Shown here: in pieces, positions 24,313 to 32,341 of the stretch
Numbering within the stretch: the first letter of the stretch is position 1
Layout: each line of letters opens with the position of its first letter
NCBI GenBank assembly: GCA_039931865.1
Contig: JBDTRB010000004.1
Span: 1,441 to 65,440, forward strand
Length of the DNA: 64,000 nucleotides
Source: Acidobacteriota bacterium
GTDB taxonomy: Bacteria > Acidobacteriota > Thermoanaerobaculia > UBA5066 > Gp7-AA6
Direction: 5' to 3'
Program-made: the position numbers and the translations under genes
The notes under the pieces: model-generated
Seen by the model: only the letters and a program-made list of their open reading frames with translations
The model's database searches: none
Told to the model about the DNA's origin: nothing

Positions 24313-26187
24313 TCACCAGCCCGTCGGTTTCCCCCGGTTCTGCTCGTCCAGCCACTTCTGAAGCGGCGCGAAGTAGTCGCGCATCGCGGTCGCGTCCATC
24401 TGCCGCTGTCCCGTGAGCTCTTCGAGGGCGTCCGGCCATGGGCGGCTCTGCCCCATCGCGAGCATCTTCGCGAGCCGCTCTCCGGCCGGGCGGCTGCCGT
24501 AGATGGAGCACCGGTTGAGCGGTCCGTCGCACCCGGCGATCTTCGCGAGCGCGCGGTGGAACTGGAACTGCAGAATGTCCGCGAGGAAGTATCTCGTGTA
24601 CGGCACGTTCGCGGCGACGTGGTACTTCGCGCCGGGGTCGAACTCGGCCTCGGTGCGGCCGCCGGGCGGCGCCACGCCCTGGTACTTCAGGCGCAGCTCC
24701 CACCAGACCCGGTTGTAATTTTCCGGCGTCACTTCCCCGGAGAAGACCTTCCAGCGCCACTGGTCGATCAGCAGCCCGAATGGAAGAAACGACAGCTTGT
24801 CGAGCGCGCGAGAGAGCAGCAGTCCGATGTCCTTGGATCCGTCGGGCGCCTTTTCGAGGAACTTGAGCTTCACGAGGTACTCGGGAGTGATGGACAGGGC
24901 GATCGTGTCGCCGATCGCTTCGTGAAAGCCGTCGTTGGCGCTGTCGCGGAAGAGATACGGCTGGGTGTTGTACGCGCGCTGGTAAAAGTTGTGGCCGAGC
25001 TCATGGTGGATGGTCGAGAAGTCTTCGGCCGTTATGTCGATGCACATCTTGATGCGGAGGTCGTTGACGTTGTCGACGTCCCAGGCGCTCGCGTGGCAGA
25101 CGACTTCGCGGTCACGCGGCTTCGTGAAAAGAGACCGCTCCCAGAACGTCTTCGGGAGGGGATCGAATCCGAGCGACGTGAAAAAGCCTTCTCCGTACCG
25201 GACCATCTGCTGAGCGTCGGTCTTCCGCTGCTTCAGGATCGCCGTGAGGTCGTAGCCGGGATCGGCGTTTCCGGGCGCGACCAGGGGATAGACGTTCGAC
25301 CAGTCCTGCGCCCACATGTTGCCGAGCAGATGCGCCGGGATGGGGCCGCTGGCGGGGACCGCGTCGCCATATTTTTCCCGCAGCTTCCACCGCACGTACG
25401 CGTGGAGGGACACGTAGAGAGGCCGCACCTGGTCCCACAGACGGTCGAGCTCGCGCGCGAACTCCGCGGGAGGCATGTCGTACTTCGAGCGCCACATCGC
25501 GCCGGTGTCTTCGAAGCCGAGCTCCCGCGCGCCCTTGTTGGCGAGCTCGACATAGCGCGCGAAGTCCTTCCGCATCGGGACGGAGATCGTGTGCCAGCCG
25601 CGCCAGACGTCCTCGATCTGCTTCGGGTCCCGGCTGGTCGCGAGGATCCGGGTGATGTCCTCGAGGTCGAGGCATTTGTCCGTTCCGTTCGGGCAGTACT
25701 TGCCCTTCCCGTAAGTGCCCTCGAGGGAGGCCACGATCCGCGTCAGCTCCTCGCTCTCCTTCGGATCGGACGGTGCGGCGAGAGTCAGCGAATTCTTGAG
25801 CAGTCTGATCTTGCGGGCGACGTCCTCCGGAAGGCGAGCGCCGTCGTAACGAGCCGCTTTCTTCGCATACATGGCGGACGCCGTGATCACGCGCTCGTTG
25901 GCACGCGCCGCCAGGATCTCCGTGTCGTCCGTGATGTACGTCGACTGGACCCAGCTTGCCCGCGACGCTTCGTTCGCGAGCGCCAGGAGCGTGGTCTCGG
26001 CTTCGGCAATGAAGGCGCGGGCTTGGGCGGCGGTCGCCGGGCCGCGCTTTCCTGAGGCGGGCCTGGCGGCTCGCGCCGCGGGTTTCTCAGGCGGCATCGC
26101 GGGCTCCGCGGCGGACCCGAGCGCCGCTGCGGCCGCGGTCGTGAGCAGCAGTGTCCCCAGGGAAAAACCTCGCAGGCGTCGTTTCAT
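24313..26187 (-). CDS. M2 family peptidyl-dipeptidase (angiotensin-converting-enzyme-like), exported
   Basis: 624 aa with the signal peptide 'MKRRLRGFSLGTLLLTTAAAAALGSA', 'HHELGHNFYQRAY' (HExxH) and the downstream 'HEAIGD'. Confidence 0.92.
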   Translation of the reverse strand: MKRRLRGFSLGTLLLTTAAAAALGSAAEPAMPPEKPAARAARPASGKRGPATAAQARAFIAEAETTLLALANEASRASWVQSTYITDDTEILAARANERVITASAMYAKKAARYDGARLPEDVARKIRLLKNSLTLAAPSDPKESEELTRIVASLEGTYGKGKYCPNGTDKCLDLEDITRILATSRDPKQIEDVWRGWHTISVPMRKDFARYVELANKGARELGFEDTGAMWRSKYDMPPAEFARELDRLWDQVRPLYVSLHAYVRWKLREKYGDAVPASGPIPAHLLGNMWAQDWSNVYPLVAPGNADPGYDLTAILKQRKTDAQQMVRYGEGFFTSLGFDPLPKTFWERSLFTKPRDREVVCHASAWDVDNVNDLRIKMCIDITAEDFSTIHHELGHNFYQRAYNTQPYLFRDSANDGFHEAIGDTIALSITPEYLVKLKFLEKAPDGSKDIGLLLSRALDKLSFLPFGLLIDQWRWKVFSGEVTPENYNRVWWELRLKYQGVAPPGGRTEAEFDPGAKYHVAANVPYTRYFLADILQFQFHRALAKIAGCDGPLNRCSIYGSRPAGERLAKMLAMGQSRPWPDALEELTGQRQMDATAMRDYFAPLQKWLDEQNRGKPTGW

Positions 26188-26241
26188 TTTTCACTCCGTC
26201 TCTCCAGCGAGAGGGATTGTAGGCTTCGCGGTCTTCGCCCC

Positions 26242-26291
26242 TCGCCTTCCGACTTCGCCGTTCGCCTTCCGACTTCGCCGTTCGCCTTCCG
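26242..26291. repeat. Tandem direct repeat, 20-nt unit x 2.5 (TCGCCTTCCGACTTCGCCGT)
   Basis: Read directly: two perfect units at 26242-26261 and 26262-26281, plus a 9-10 nt partial unit. The repeat lies in the 142-nt gap between the DUF885 stop and the M2 start. Confidence 0.75.
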
Positions 26292-26329
26292 CCCGGCGCC
26301 GGATCCCCAGCGTGCCGTCCGGCGCCCGT

Positions 26330-28120
26330 CTACTTCCGCCGCGCCTTCGCTGCGACAATCCACGCATCCATCCGCTGATCGAGGATGTCGAGCGGGAGCG
26401 CGCCCGCGCCGAGAATCTCGTCGTGAAAGGCTCGGATGTCGAACGCGGAGCCCAGCTCCTTCTTCGCGCGGTCGCGGAGCTCTAAGATCTTCAACTGACC
26501 GATCTTGTACGCGAGCGCCTGACCCGGCCACGCGATGTATCGGTCGGTCTCGCTCTGCACCTCGACCTCGTCGACGGCGGAATGGTCGTGAAAGAACTGC
26601 ACGACCTGGTCCCGCGTCCACTTCTTGTAATGAAATCCGGTGTCGACCACGAGCCGGATCGCGCGCAGCATCTCGTCCTGAAGCCGTCCGTAGTCGCTGT
26701 ACGGATCCTTGTAGAACCCGACGTCCTTCCCGAGGCGTTCGGAATAGAGCGCCCACCCCTCGACGAAGGCCGTGTAGCCGCTCTGCTGCCGGACCGGGGG
26801 CAGCTCGTCCTGCTCCTGCGCGATCGAAAGCTGCAGGTGATGGCCGGGGACACCCTCGTGGTACGCGGTCGACTCGGTCGAGATCGTCTTGCGTGACTCG
26901 GGCTGCGACGTGTTCACCATCACGCGCCCCGCGCGCGAGCCGTCCTTCGCGCCCGTGTTGTACTGCGCGCCGGATGCCTCCTTCTCGCGAAACGCTTCGA
27001 CCGCCGCCACCTCCACCTGCGCCTTCGGCAGCCGTCCGAAGAGCCTCGGAAGCTGCGGCCGCATCTGGTCGATGTAGCGGCGATAGGCCGTCAGGATCTC
27101 CTCCCGGTCGCGGTAGTGCCGCTTCGGATCCTTTTCGATTGCGGCGTTGAACGCCTTCAGGTCCGGGTACCCGAGCTTCTTCGCGATCACGAGCATCTGC
27201 TTTTCGATCTCGGCGACCTGCGCGAGCCCGATCCGGTGGATCTCTTCGGGCGTGCGGTCCGTCGTCGTCAACCGCTTTACCTGAGCGGCGTAGCGCGCCT
27301 CCCCGTCGGGCAGCGACCACATGCCGGGCTCCGTCCGGCCCTTCGGCGCGTACTCGGTCTTCACGAACTCGGTGAAGCGCGCGTACGCAGGCAGCACCGA
27401 TTCTCGGATCGTGGTCAGGATCTCCTCCTTGACGCGCGCCTGGTCCTCTTTGGAAAAGGTCGGCGGGATCTTCGAGAGCGGCCTCGCAAATGGCGTGTCC
27501 TCGGGTTTCTGGGCGGCGATCCCGCCGCTCTGCGTCGCGACCTTTTCCAGCAGGAAGCGCGGCTGCATCAGGCCGTCCGACATCCCCTTGCGCATTCGGG
27601 CGCTCACGTCGTCGAACTGCTTCGGGAGCTGCTTCAGGCGCGCGTTGTAATCGTCGTAGTCCTTGACGGTCACAAACGAAAGGAGAGACACGATCTGCGG
27701 CGCCTGCAGGTGGATGCCGCCGAACTGGCTGACCGGCATCTCCCAGTTGTGAAAGCGTTCGTTTGCGATCGACTCCTTCAGCCCTCGAACGAGGAGCGTC
27801 TTCGTCAGCGCCTCCTGTTCGGGAAACCCCGTCGTGTCGATTATCGCGAGGCGCGCGAGCCATTCCCGGTCCTTCTGCTGGTCCGCCAGGATTTCCCGCT
27901 CCGAGAGATCCGAGGCCTTGTCGTTCCAGCGTTTGTCGCCGAGGATCGACGCGAACTCGGGGCTGTGGGAGAGCGTGTACTCCCAGTGCTCCGCGAGAAG
28001 GTCCGAAAACGCCTTCCGGCGCGTCGCGAGGTCGTCTCCCGGAGCGGCCAGGGCGGCGCTCACCGCCAGGACCCCCACAAGCATGGCGGAGAGCAGAAGG
28101 CGTGACGTCGTTGCGGGCAT
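26330..28120 (-). CDS. DUF885 family protein (putative metallopeptidase-like), exported
   Basis: 596 aa with the signal peptide 'LLLSAMLVGVLAVSAALAAPG' and the hallmark 'YHEGVPGHHLQ' motif of DUF885. Confidence 0.9.
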   Translation of the reverse strand: MPATTSRLLLSAMLVGVLAVSAALAAPGDDLATRRKAFSDLLAEHWEYTLSHSPEFASILGDKRWNDKASDLSEREILADQQKDREWLARLAIIDTTGFPEQEALTKTLLVRGLKESIANERFHNWEMPVSQFGGIHLQAPQIVSLLSFVTVKDYDDYNARLKQLPKQFDDVSARMRKGMSDGLMQPRFLLEKVATQSGGIAAQKPEDTPFARPLSKIPPTFSKEDQARVKEEILTTIRESVLPAYARFTEFVKTEYAPKGRTEPGMWSLPDGEARYAAQVKRLTTTDRTPEEIHRIGLAQVAEIEKQMLVIAKKLGYPDLKAFNAAIEKDPKRHYRDREEILTAYRRYIDQMRPQLPRLFGRLPKAQVEVAAVEAFREKEASGAQYNTGAKDGSRAGRVMVNTSQPESRKTISTESTAYHEGVPGHHLQLSIAQEQDELPPVRQQSGYTAFVEGWALYSERLGKDVGFYKDPYSDYGRLQDEMLRAIRLVVDTGFHYKKWTRDQVVQFFHDHSAVDEVEVQSETDRYIAWPGQALAYKIGQLKILELRDRAKKELGSAFDIRAFHDEILGAGALPLDILDQRMDAWIVAAKARRK

Positions 28121-28178
28121 GGATCCCCCTTTGCCGGAGACATACGAAACGGGCGCGCCGGGGTTTGCCGTGGACCGG

Positions 28179-29648
28179 TTATCCGGTCCGCACGAAGTCG
28201 ATGAATCCGCGGTCGAAGTCGGTCGAGATCAGCTTGACCCGCAGTTTCTGGCCGACTTCGAGGCCATCCGCGCCGTGGACGACCTTGCCCTCGACGGGCG
28301 GAGCGAGGATGCGGACCCAGGTCCCCTTCTCCGAGGCGCCGGTGACGATCGCTTCGAAGCGCTGGCCGATGCGATCCTCGAGCAGCAGCGCGGCGGCCGA
28401 TTTGCGGACCTGGCGCTCCACTTTGTCCGCATCGTCCTCCTGCTCGGTGCAGTGCCGGGCCAGCTCCTCGAGCTCCGGGTCCGAATAAGGAGAAGGAATT
28501 CCGCCGAGGGCCGCTTTGAGCAGCCGCTGCGTGATGAGGTCGGGAAAGCGGCGGTTCGGGGCCGTCGAGTGTGTGTAGTCCTTGACCGCGAGGCCGAAGT
28601 GCCCGATGGGAGCGCCGCCGGGTCGCTCGACGACGTACTCGCCGGCGCCCATCAGCTTCACGATGACGAGCGAGAGGTCCGGGAAGCGCAAGGGATCGGC
28701 CTTCCGGCGGCGGGCGAGAAATTCCTCCAGGGCCTTCGAATCCGGCTCCGGTGGCAGGTGCTCGCCCTGGTCTTTCGCGACATCCACGATGCGCTGCCAT
28801 CGCTCCGGGGAGCGGACCACACGCCGCAGGGACGCGAACCCTTTCGACGCGAGAAAGCGGGCGGTCACACCGTTGGTCGCAATCATCAGGTCTTCGATGA
28901 GCTGCCGCGCGCGGTTGTGCGCCTCCTGGCGGAGATCGACGACCCGCTCACCGTCGAAGACCGCTTTCGGCTGGAGAGTCTCGAGCTCGAGGGCGCCCTG
29001 TTCGTGCCGGTGCTCGCGAAGCTTCTGCGCGATCGCGTCCTGCGCCTTCAGCTGCGCGTCCATTCCAGGTACGGCATTGGCGACCGGCGGTTCCTCCGCC
29101 TTGCCTTCCAGGAACGCGGCGACAGAGTCATACGCGAGCTTCGCCCGGTTACGGACCTTCGCGCGATAGACCGACGACGACTGGAGAACGCCCTCCGCGT
29201 CGAAAACCATCTCGGTGACCATCGCGAGCCGGTCCTGGTCCTGATTCAACGAGGTCAGATCGGTCGAGAGCCGTTCCGGAAGCATGGGGAAGATGCGCGC
29301 CGCCGTGTACACCGACGTCGTGTTCGCGCGGGCGTGCGCGTCGATCGGAGTGTCCTTCTCCACCAGCGAATCGACGTCGGCGATCGCGACGAGCACCTTC
29401 ACGGAACCCGCGCCCATGTCCTCGGAGGCGGAGAGTTGATCGAGGTCCCTCGAGTCGTCGTTGTCGATCGAGCACCAGAGAAGCGAGGTCAGGTCGCGGA
29501 CGTCTCCGTCGGCCGCGCGCGGGCCCGAGATCCCGGCGAGCTGCTTGACGACCTCGGCTGAAAACTCGGGCTCCAGGCCCCGATCGAGCATCGCCTCCCT
29601 GGCGATCTCGGCGAGGTCCGATCGTGTGTGGGCGCGAGGGGAATTCAT
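28179..29648 (-). CDS. RNB-domain 3'-5' exoribonuclease (RNase II/R family) with a C-terminal S1 domain
   Basis: ORF 28179..29828 trimmed to ATG 29648. It has 'SIDNDDSRDLDQL' (RNB motif I) and the S1-like tail 'GQRFEAIVTGASEKGTWVRI....GKV'. The hairpin GGACCGG-ttat-CCGGTCC (28172-28189) spans the stop codon. Confidence 0.88.
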   Translation of the reverse strand: MNSPRAHTRSDLAEIAREAMLDRGLEPEFSAEVVKQLAGISGPRAADGDVRDLTSLLWCSIDNDDSRDLDQLSASEDMGAGSVKVLVAIADVDSLVEKDTPIDAHARANTTSVYTAARIFPMLPERLSTDLTSLNQDQDRLAMVTEMVFDAEGVLQSSSVYRAKVRNRAKLAYDSVAAFLEGKAEEPPVANAVPGMDAQLKAQDAIAQKLREHRHEQGALELETLQPKAVFDGERVVDLRQEAHNRARQLIEDLMIATNGVTARFLASKGFASLRRVVRSPERWQRIVDVAKDQGEHLPPEPDSKALEEFLARRRKADPLRFPDLSLVIVKLMGAGEYVVERPGGAPIGHFGLAVKDYTHSTAPNRRFPDLITQRLLKAALGGIPSPYSDPELEELARHCTEQEDDADKVERQVRKSAAALLLEDRIGQRFEAIVTGASEKGTWVRILAPPVEGKVVHGADGLEVGQKLRVKLISTDFDRGFIDFVRTG

Positions 29649-29721
29649 GGCGCGGACTCTACATCCTCCCAGGGAGGCTCCGCGCCTGGTGGCGCCTGAT
29701 ACTTTTCTCGAAGGAGGATCC

Positions 29722-30306
29722 ATGAAGCTCATCCCGCTGTTTGCCGCCGCCGTCTGGTCGGGCGCCGCCGCACTCGCGCAATCGTCATCGACGACGCCGC
29801 CCGCGGCATCACCCCCGCCCTCCGCCACGCGGGCGCCGCAGCCTCCGGCGCCGGCCGACGCGGCCTCGGTCGACGCGATCGTCCGCGCGCTCTACGCGGG
29901 CGTGTCGCACGCGCCGGGAGAGGACCCCGACTGGTCACACCTCCGGACCATCTTCCTGCCCGCCGGGCGGCTCACCCCGCCGCAACGTTCGAACGGGGAC
30001 TTCACATTCCTGACCGCCGAAGACTTCATAGCGAGGGTCTCGAAGGGAATCGCCGCGCGGAAAGCCGAAGGAAAAGAGGCCGGGTTCTCCGAGCGCGAGG
30101 TCGCCCGGAAGACCGATTGCTACGGAAACATCTGCCAGCTCTTCTCGACCTACGAATCCCGATACACGGCCACGGACCCGAAACCCTTCGCCCGCGGGAT
30201 CAACGCCATCCAGCTTGTGAAGGACGGAAATCGCTGGTGGCTCGTCAACGTCCTGTGGGACCAGGAGTCGCCGGAGAAGCCGATTCCGGCGGCCTATTTG
30301 AGATAG
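29722..30306 (+). CDS. Exported NTF2-like (SnoaL/DUF4440-like) protein, function unknown
   Basis: ORF 29461..30306 trimmed to ATG 29722, which has AAGGAGGA 4 nt upstream. It has the signal peptide 'MKLIPLFAAAVWSGAAALA', a Pro/Ala-rich linker and 'IQLVKDGNRWWLVNVLWD'. Confidence 0.7.
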   Translation: MKLIPLFAAAVWSGAAALAQSSSTTPPAASPPPSATRAPQPPAPADAASVDAIVRALYAGVSHAPGEDPDWSHLRTIFLPAGRLTPPQRSNGDFTFLTAEDFIARVSKGIAARKAEGKEAGFSEREVARKTDCYGNICQLFSTYESRYTATDPKPFARGINAIQLVKDGNRWWLVNVLWDQESPEKPIPAAYLR

Positions 30307-30398
30307 GCGGGGTGGCGCAGGGCGAAGGGCGCAGCGGGTATCGGAGGGGCCGGGCTGGCGCTCGCCTTTCGCGCTTCGCAGGCGCGGGTCGCGCGCGC

Positions 30399-32288
30399 TC
30401 AGATCTCGATCTGCGCCCCGAGCTCCACGACGCGATTGGGCGGCAGGCGGAAGAAGAGCGTCGCGCTTCGGGCGTTGCGCGACATGAGCGCGAAAAGGCG
30501 TTCGCGCCAGATCGCCATTCCGGGACGCCGTGACGCGAAAATCGTTTCCTTCCCCAGAAAATAGCTGGTGTCCCCGGGCGGGAATTCGAGCCCGGGCTGC
30601 CGGATCCCTTCGAGGAGCTCCGGAACAGAAGCGTCTTCCATGAATCCGTACCGCGCGACGACCCGGAAGAGCCCGTTGCCGAGGTCGTCCACCTTCACCC
30701 GCTCGACGTCCGGCACGAGCGGACGGTCCTCCGTGATGACGGTCAGAAGAGCGACCGTGCGGTGCAGCACCTTGTTGTGCTTGAAATTGTGGAGGAGCGC
30801 GGGAGGCACGCCGTTCTCCGTGCGCGACATGTAGACGCCCGTGCCCTGCACGCGGTATACGCGGCCGAAATCCTGGATAAACGAGTCGAGCGGCAGAGCT
30901 TCTTCGATGAGCCGCGCGTTTAAGATCTCGCGGCCGCGTCGCCAGGTCGTCATCAGGATGAAGATGCCGGCGGCGACGAGCAGCGGGAACCACCCGCCGT
31001 GGGGGACCTTCACGATGTTCGCGCCGAAGAAGGCCAGATCGGGGACCAGGAACGTCGCGGCGAGAAGGATAGACGAGAAGATCGACCAGCCCCAGAGCTC
31101 GCGCGCGACCACCGCCATCAGCATCGTTGTGATCGCCATCGTCGTCGTGACGGCAACGCCGTAAGCGGCCGCAAGATTGCTCGACGAGCCGAAACCCATC
31201 ACGAGAGCAATCGTGGAGAGCATGAGGGCCCAGTTCACCGCTGGAATGTAGATCTGCCCGATCTCCCGCGCCGAGGTGTGCTCGATCCGCAGGCGCGGAC
31301 AGTAGCCGAGCGAGACGGCCTGGCGCGTCAGCGAAAACGCCCCCGAGATCACGGCCTGCGACGCGATGACGGTCGCCAGGGTCGAGAGAACGACCATCGG
31401 GTAGAGCGTCCAGGCGGGCCCCATGCGGTAGAACGGGTTCTCCGCCGTCTCCGGCCGGACGAGCAACAGCGCTCCCTGGCCGAAGTAGTTGAGCAGCAGC
31501 GCCGGCAGTACGAATACGAACCACGCGAGCCGGATCGGCTTCGCTCCGAAATGTCCCATGTCGGCGTAAAGCGCCTCTCCGCCGGTCACCACCAGGAAGA
31601 CGGTGCCGAGCGCGAGAAACCCGCGGACGGTGTTCTCCCCGAAAAAACGGACGGCGTAGAGGGGATTGACCGCGGCGAGGATCCCGGGCTGGCGGACGAT
31701 CTGGTTCAACCCCAGAGCCGCGATGCAGAGAAACCAGAGAATCATGATCGGGCCGAAGATCGTGCCCACTCCCTGGGTTCCGCGCTTCTGGATCAGGAAC
31801 AGTCCGATGAGGATCAGGATCGTGATCGGCTGCACCATGTGCTCTAAGGCGGGCGTCGCGATCGAGAGCCCTTCGACCGCTGAGAGTACCGAGATCGCGG
31901 GCGTGATGATCCCGTCGCCATAGAGCAGGGCCGCGCCGAAGAGTCCGAGCATGACGAGCGCGAAGCGAAACCCGCGCGAGCCCTTGCGGTGCGGACGGAT
32001 CAGCGACATCAGCGCGAGGATCCCGCCCTCTCCGCGATTGTCCGCGCGCATCACGAAGACCAGGTACTTGATCGAGATGACTACGAGGAGCGACCAGAAG
32101 ACGAGGGAGAGCACGCCCATGACGTTGCCGGGAGTGGGATGGATCCCGTGGAGGCCGTGAAAGCACTCGCGCAGGGCGTACAGCGGGCTCGTGCCGATGT
32201 CGCCGTAGACGATGCCGAGGGCGCCGAGAGAGAGCGTGAAGAGATACTTCCCTCGACGCGCGGGATGACTCGCCGGCCCGTCCTCCAG
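30399..32288 (-). CDS. kup: KUP/HAK/KT family potassium transporter
   Basis: 'VMRADNRGEGGILALMSL' and a full-length Kup pattern. The track ORF starts at ATG 32120, but the conserved 'GALGIVYGDIGTSPLYALRECF' is encoded in the same frame upstream, where no ATG, GTG or TTG is available. I therefore propose a CTG start at 32286-32288, preceded by GGAGGAGGA. Confidence 0.85.
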   Translation of the reverse strand: MEDGPASHPARRGKYLFTLSLGALGIVYGDIGTSPLYALRECFHGLHGIHPTPGNVMGVLSLVFWSLLVVISIKYLVFVMRADNRGEGGILALMSLIRPHRKGSRGFRFALVMLGLFGAALLYGDGIITPAISVLSAVEGLSIATPALEHMVQPITILILIGLFLIQKRGTQGVGTIFGPIMILWFLCIAALGLNQIVRQPGILAAVNPLYAVRFFGENTVRGFLALGTVFLVVTGGEALYADMGHFGAKPIRLAWFVFVLPALLLNYFGQGALLLVRPETAENPFYRMGPAWTLYPMVVLSTLATVIASQAVISGAFSLTRQAVSLGYCPRLRIEHTSAREIGQIYIPAVNWALMLSTIALVMGFGSSSNLAAAYGVAVTTTMAITTMLMAVVARELWGWSIFSSILLAATFLVPDLAFFGANIVKVPHGGWFPLLVAAGIFILMTTWRRGREILNARLIEEALPLDSFIQDFGRVYRVQGTGVYMSRTENGVPPALLHNFKHNKVLHRTVALLTVITEDRPLVPDVERVKVDDLGNGLFRVVARYGFMEDASVPELLEGIRQPGLEFPPGDTSYFLGKETIFASRRPGMAIWRERLFALMSRNARSATLFFRLPPNRVVELGAQIEI

Positions 32289-32341
32289 AGATCCTCCTCC
32301 CCCCTTGCGGGGATCGGTATCCTATCCGGGGCGGGCCGGGT

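Noticed and set aside
24220-26055. 611-aa plus-strand ORF opposite the M2 peptidase. Comparable cases are 27834..29561 and 27116..28105 (opposite DUF885 and the RNB gene) and 26184..27863 (an alternative minus-strand frame of the DUF885 gene).
   Set aside because: The opposite strand or alternative frame carries complete, motif-bearing genes (HHELGH, HEGVPGHH, RNB). These ORFs have shadow composition.
30399-32120. kup as an N-terminally truncated pseudogene.
   Set aside because: The upstream sequence is in frame, stop-free and encodes the conserved N-terminal motif with a strong SD in front of a CTG. Non-canonical initiation is more parsimonious than decay.
29935-32166. 743-aa minus-strand ORF overlapping kup in another frame, and the 677-aa plus-strand ORF 32405..34438 opposite the S9 peptidase.
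   Set aside because: The Kup and S9 frames carry family motifs along their full length. The alternative frames are Arg/Pro/Gly-rich and motif-free.
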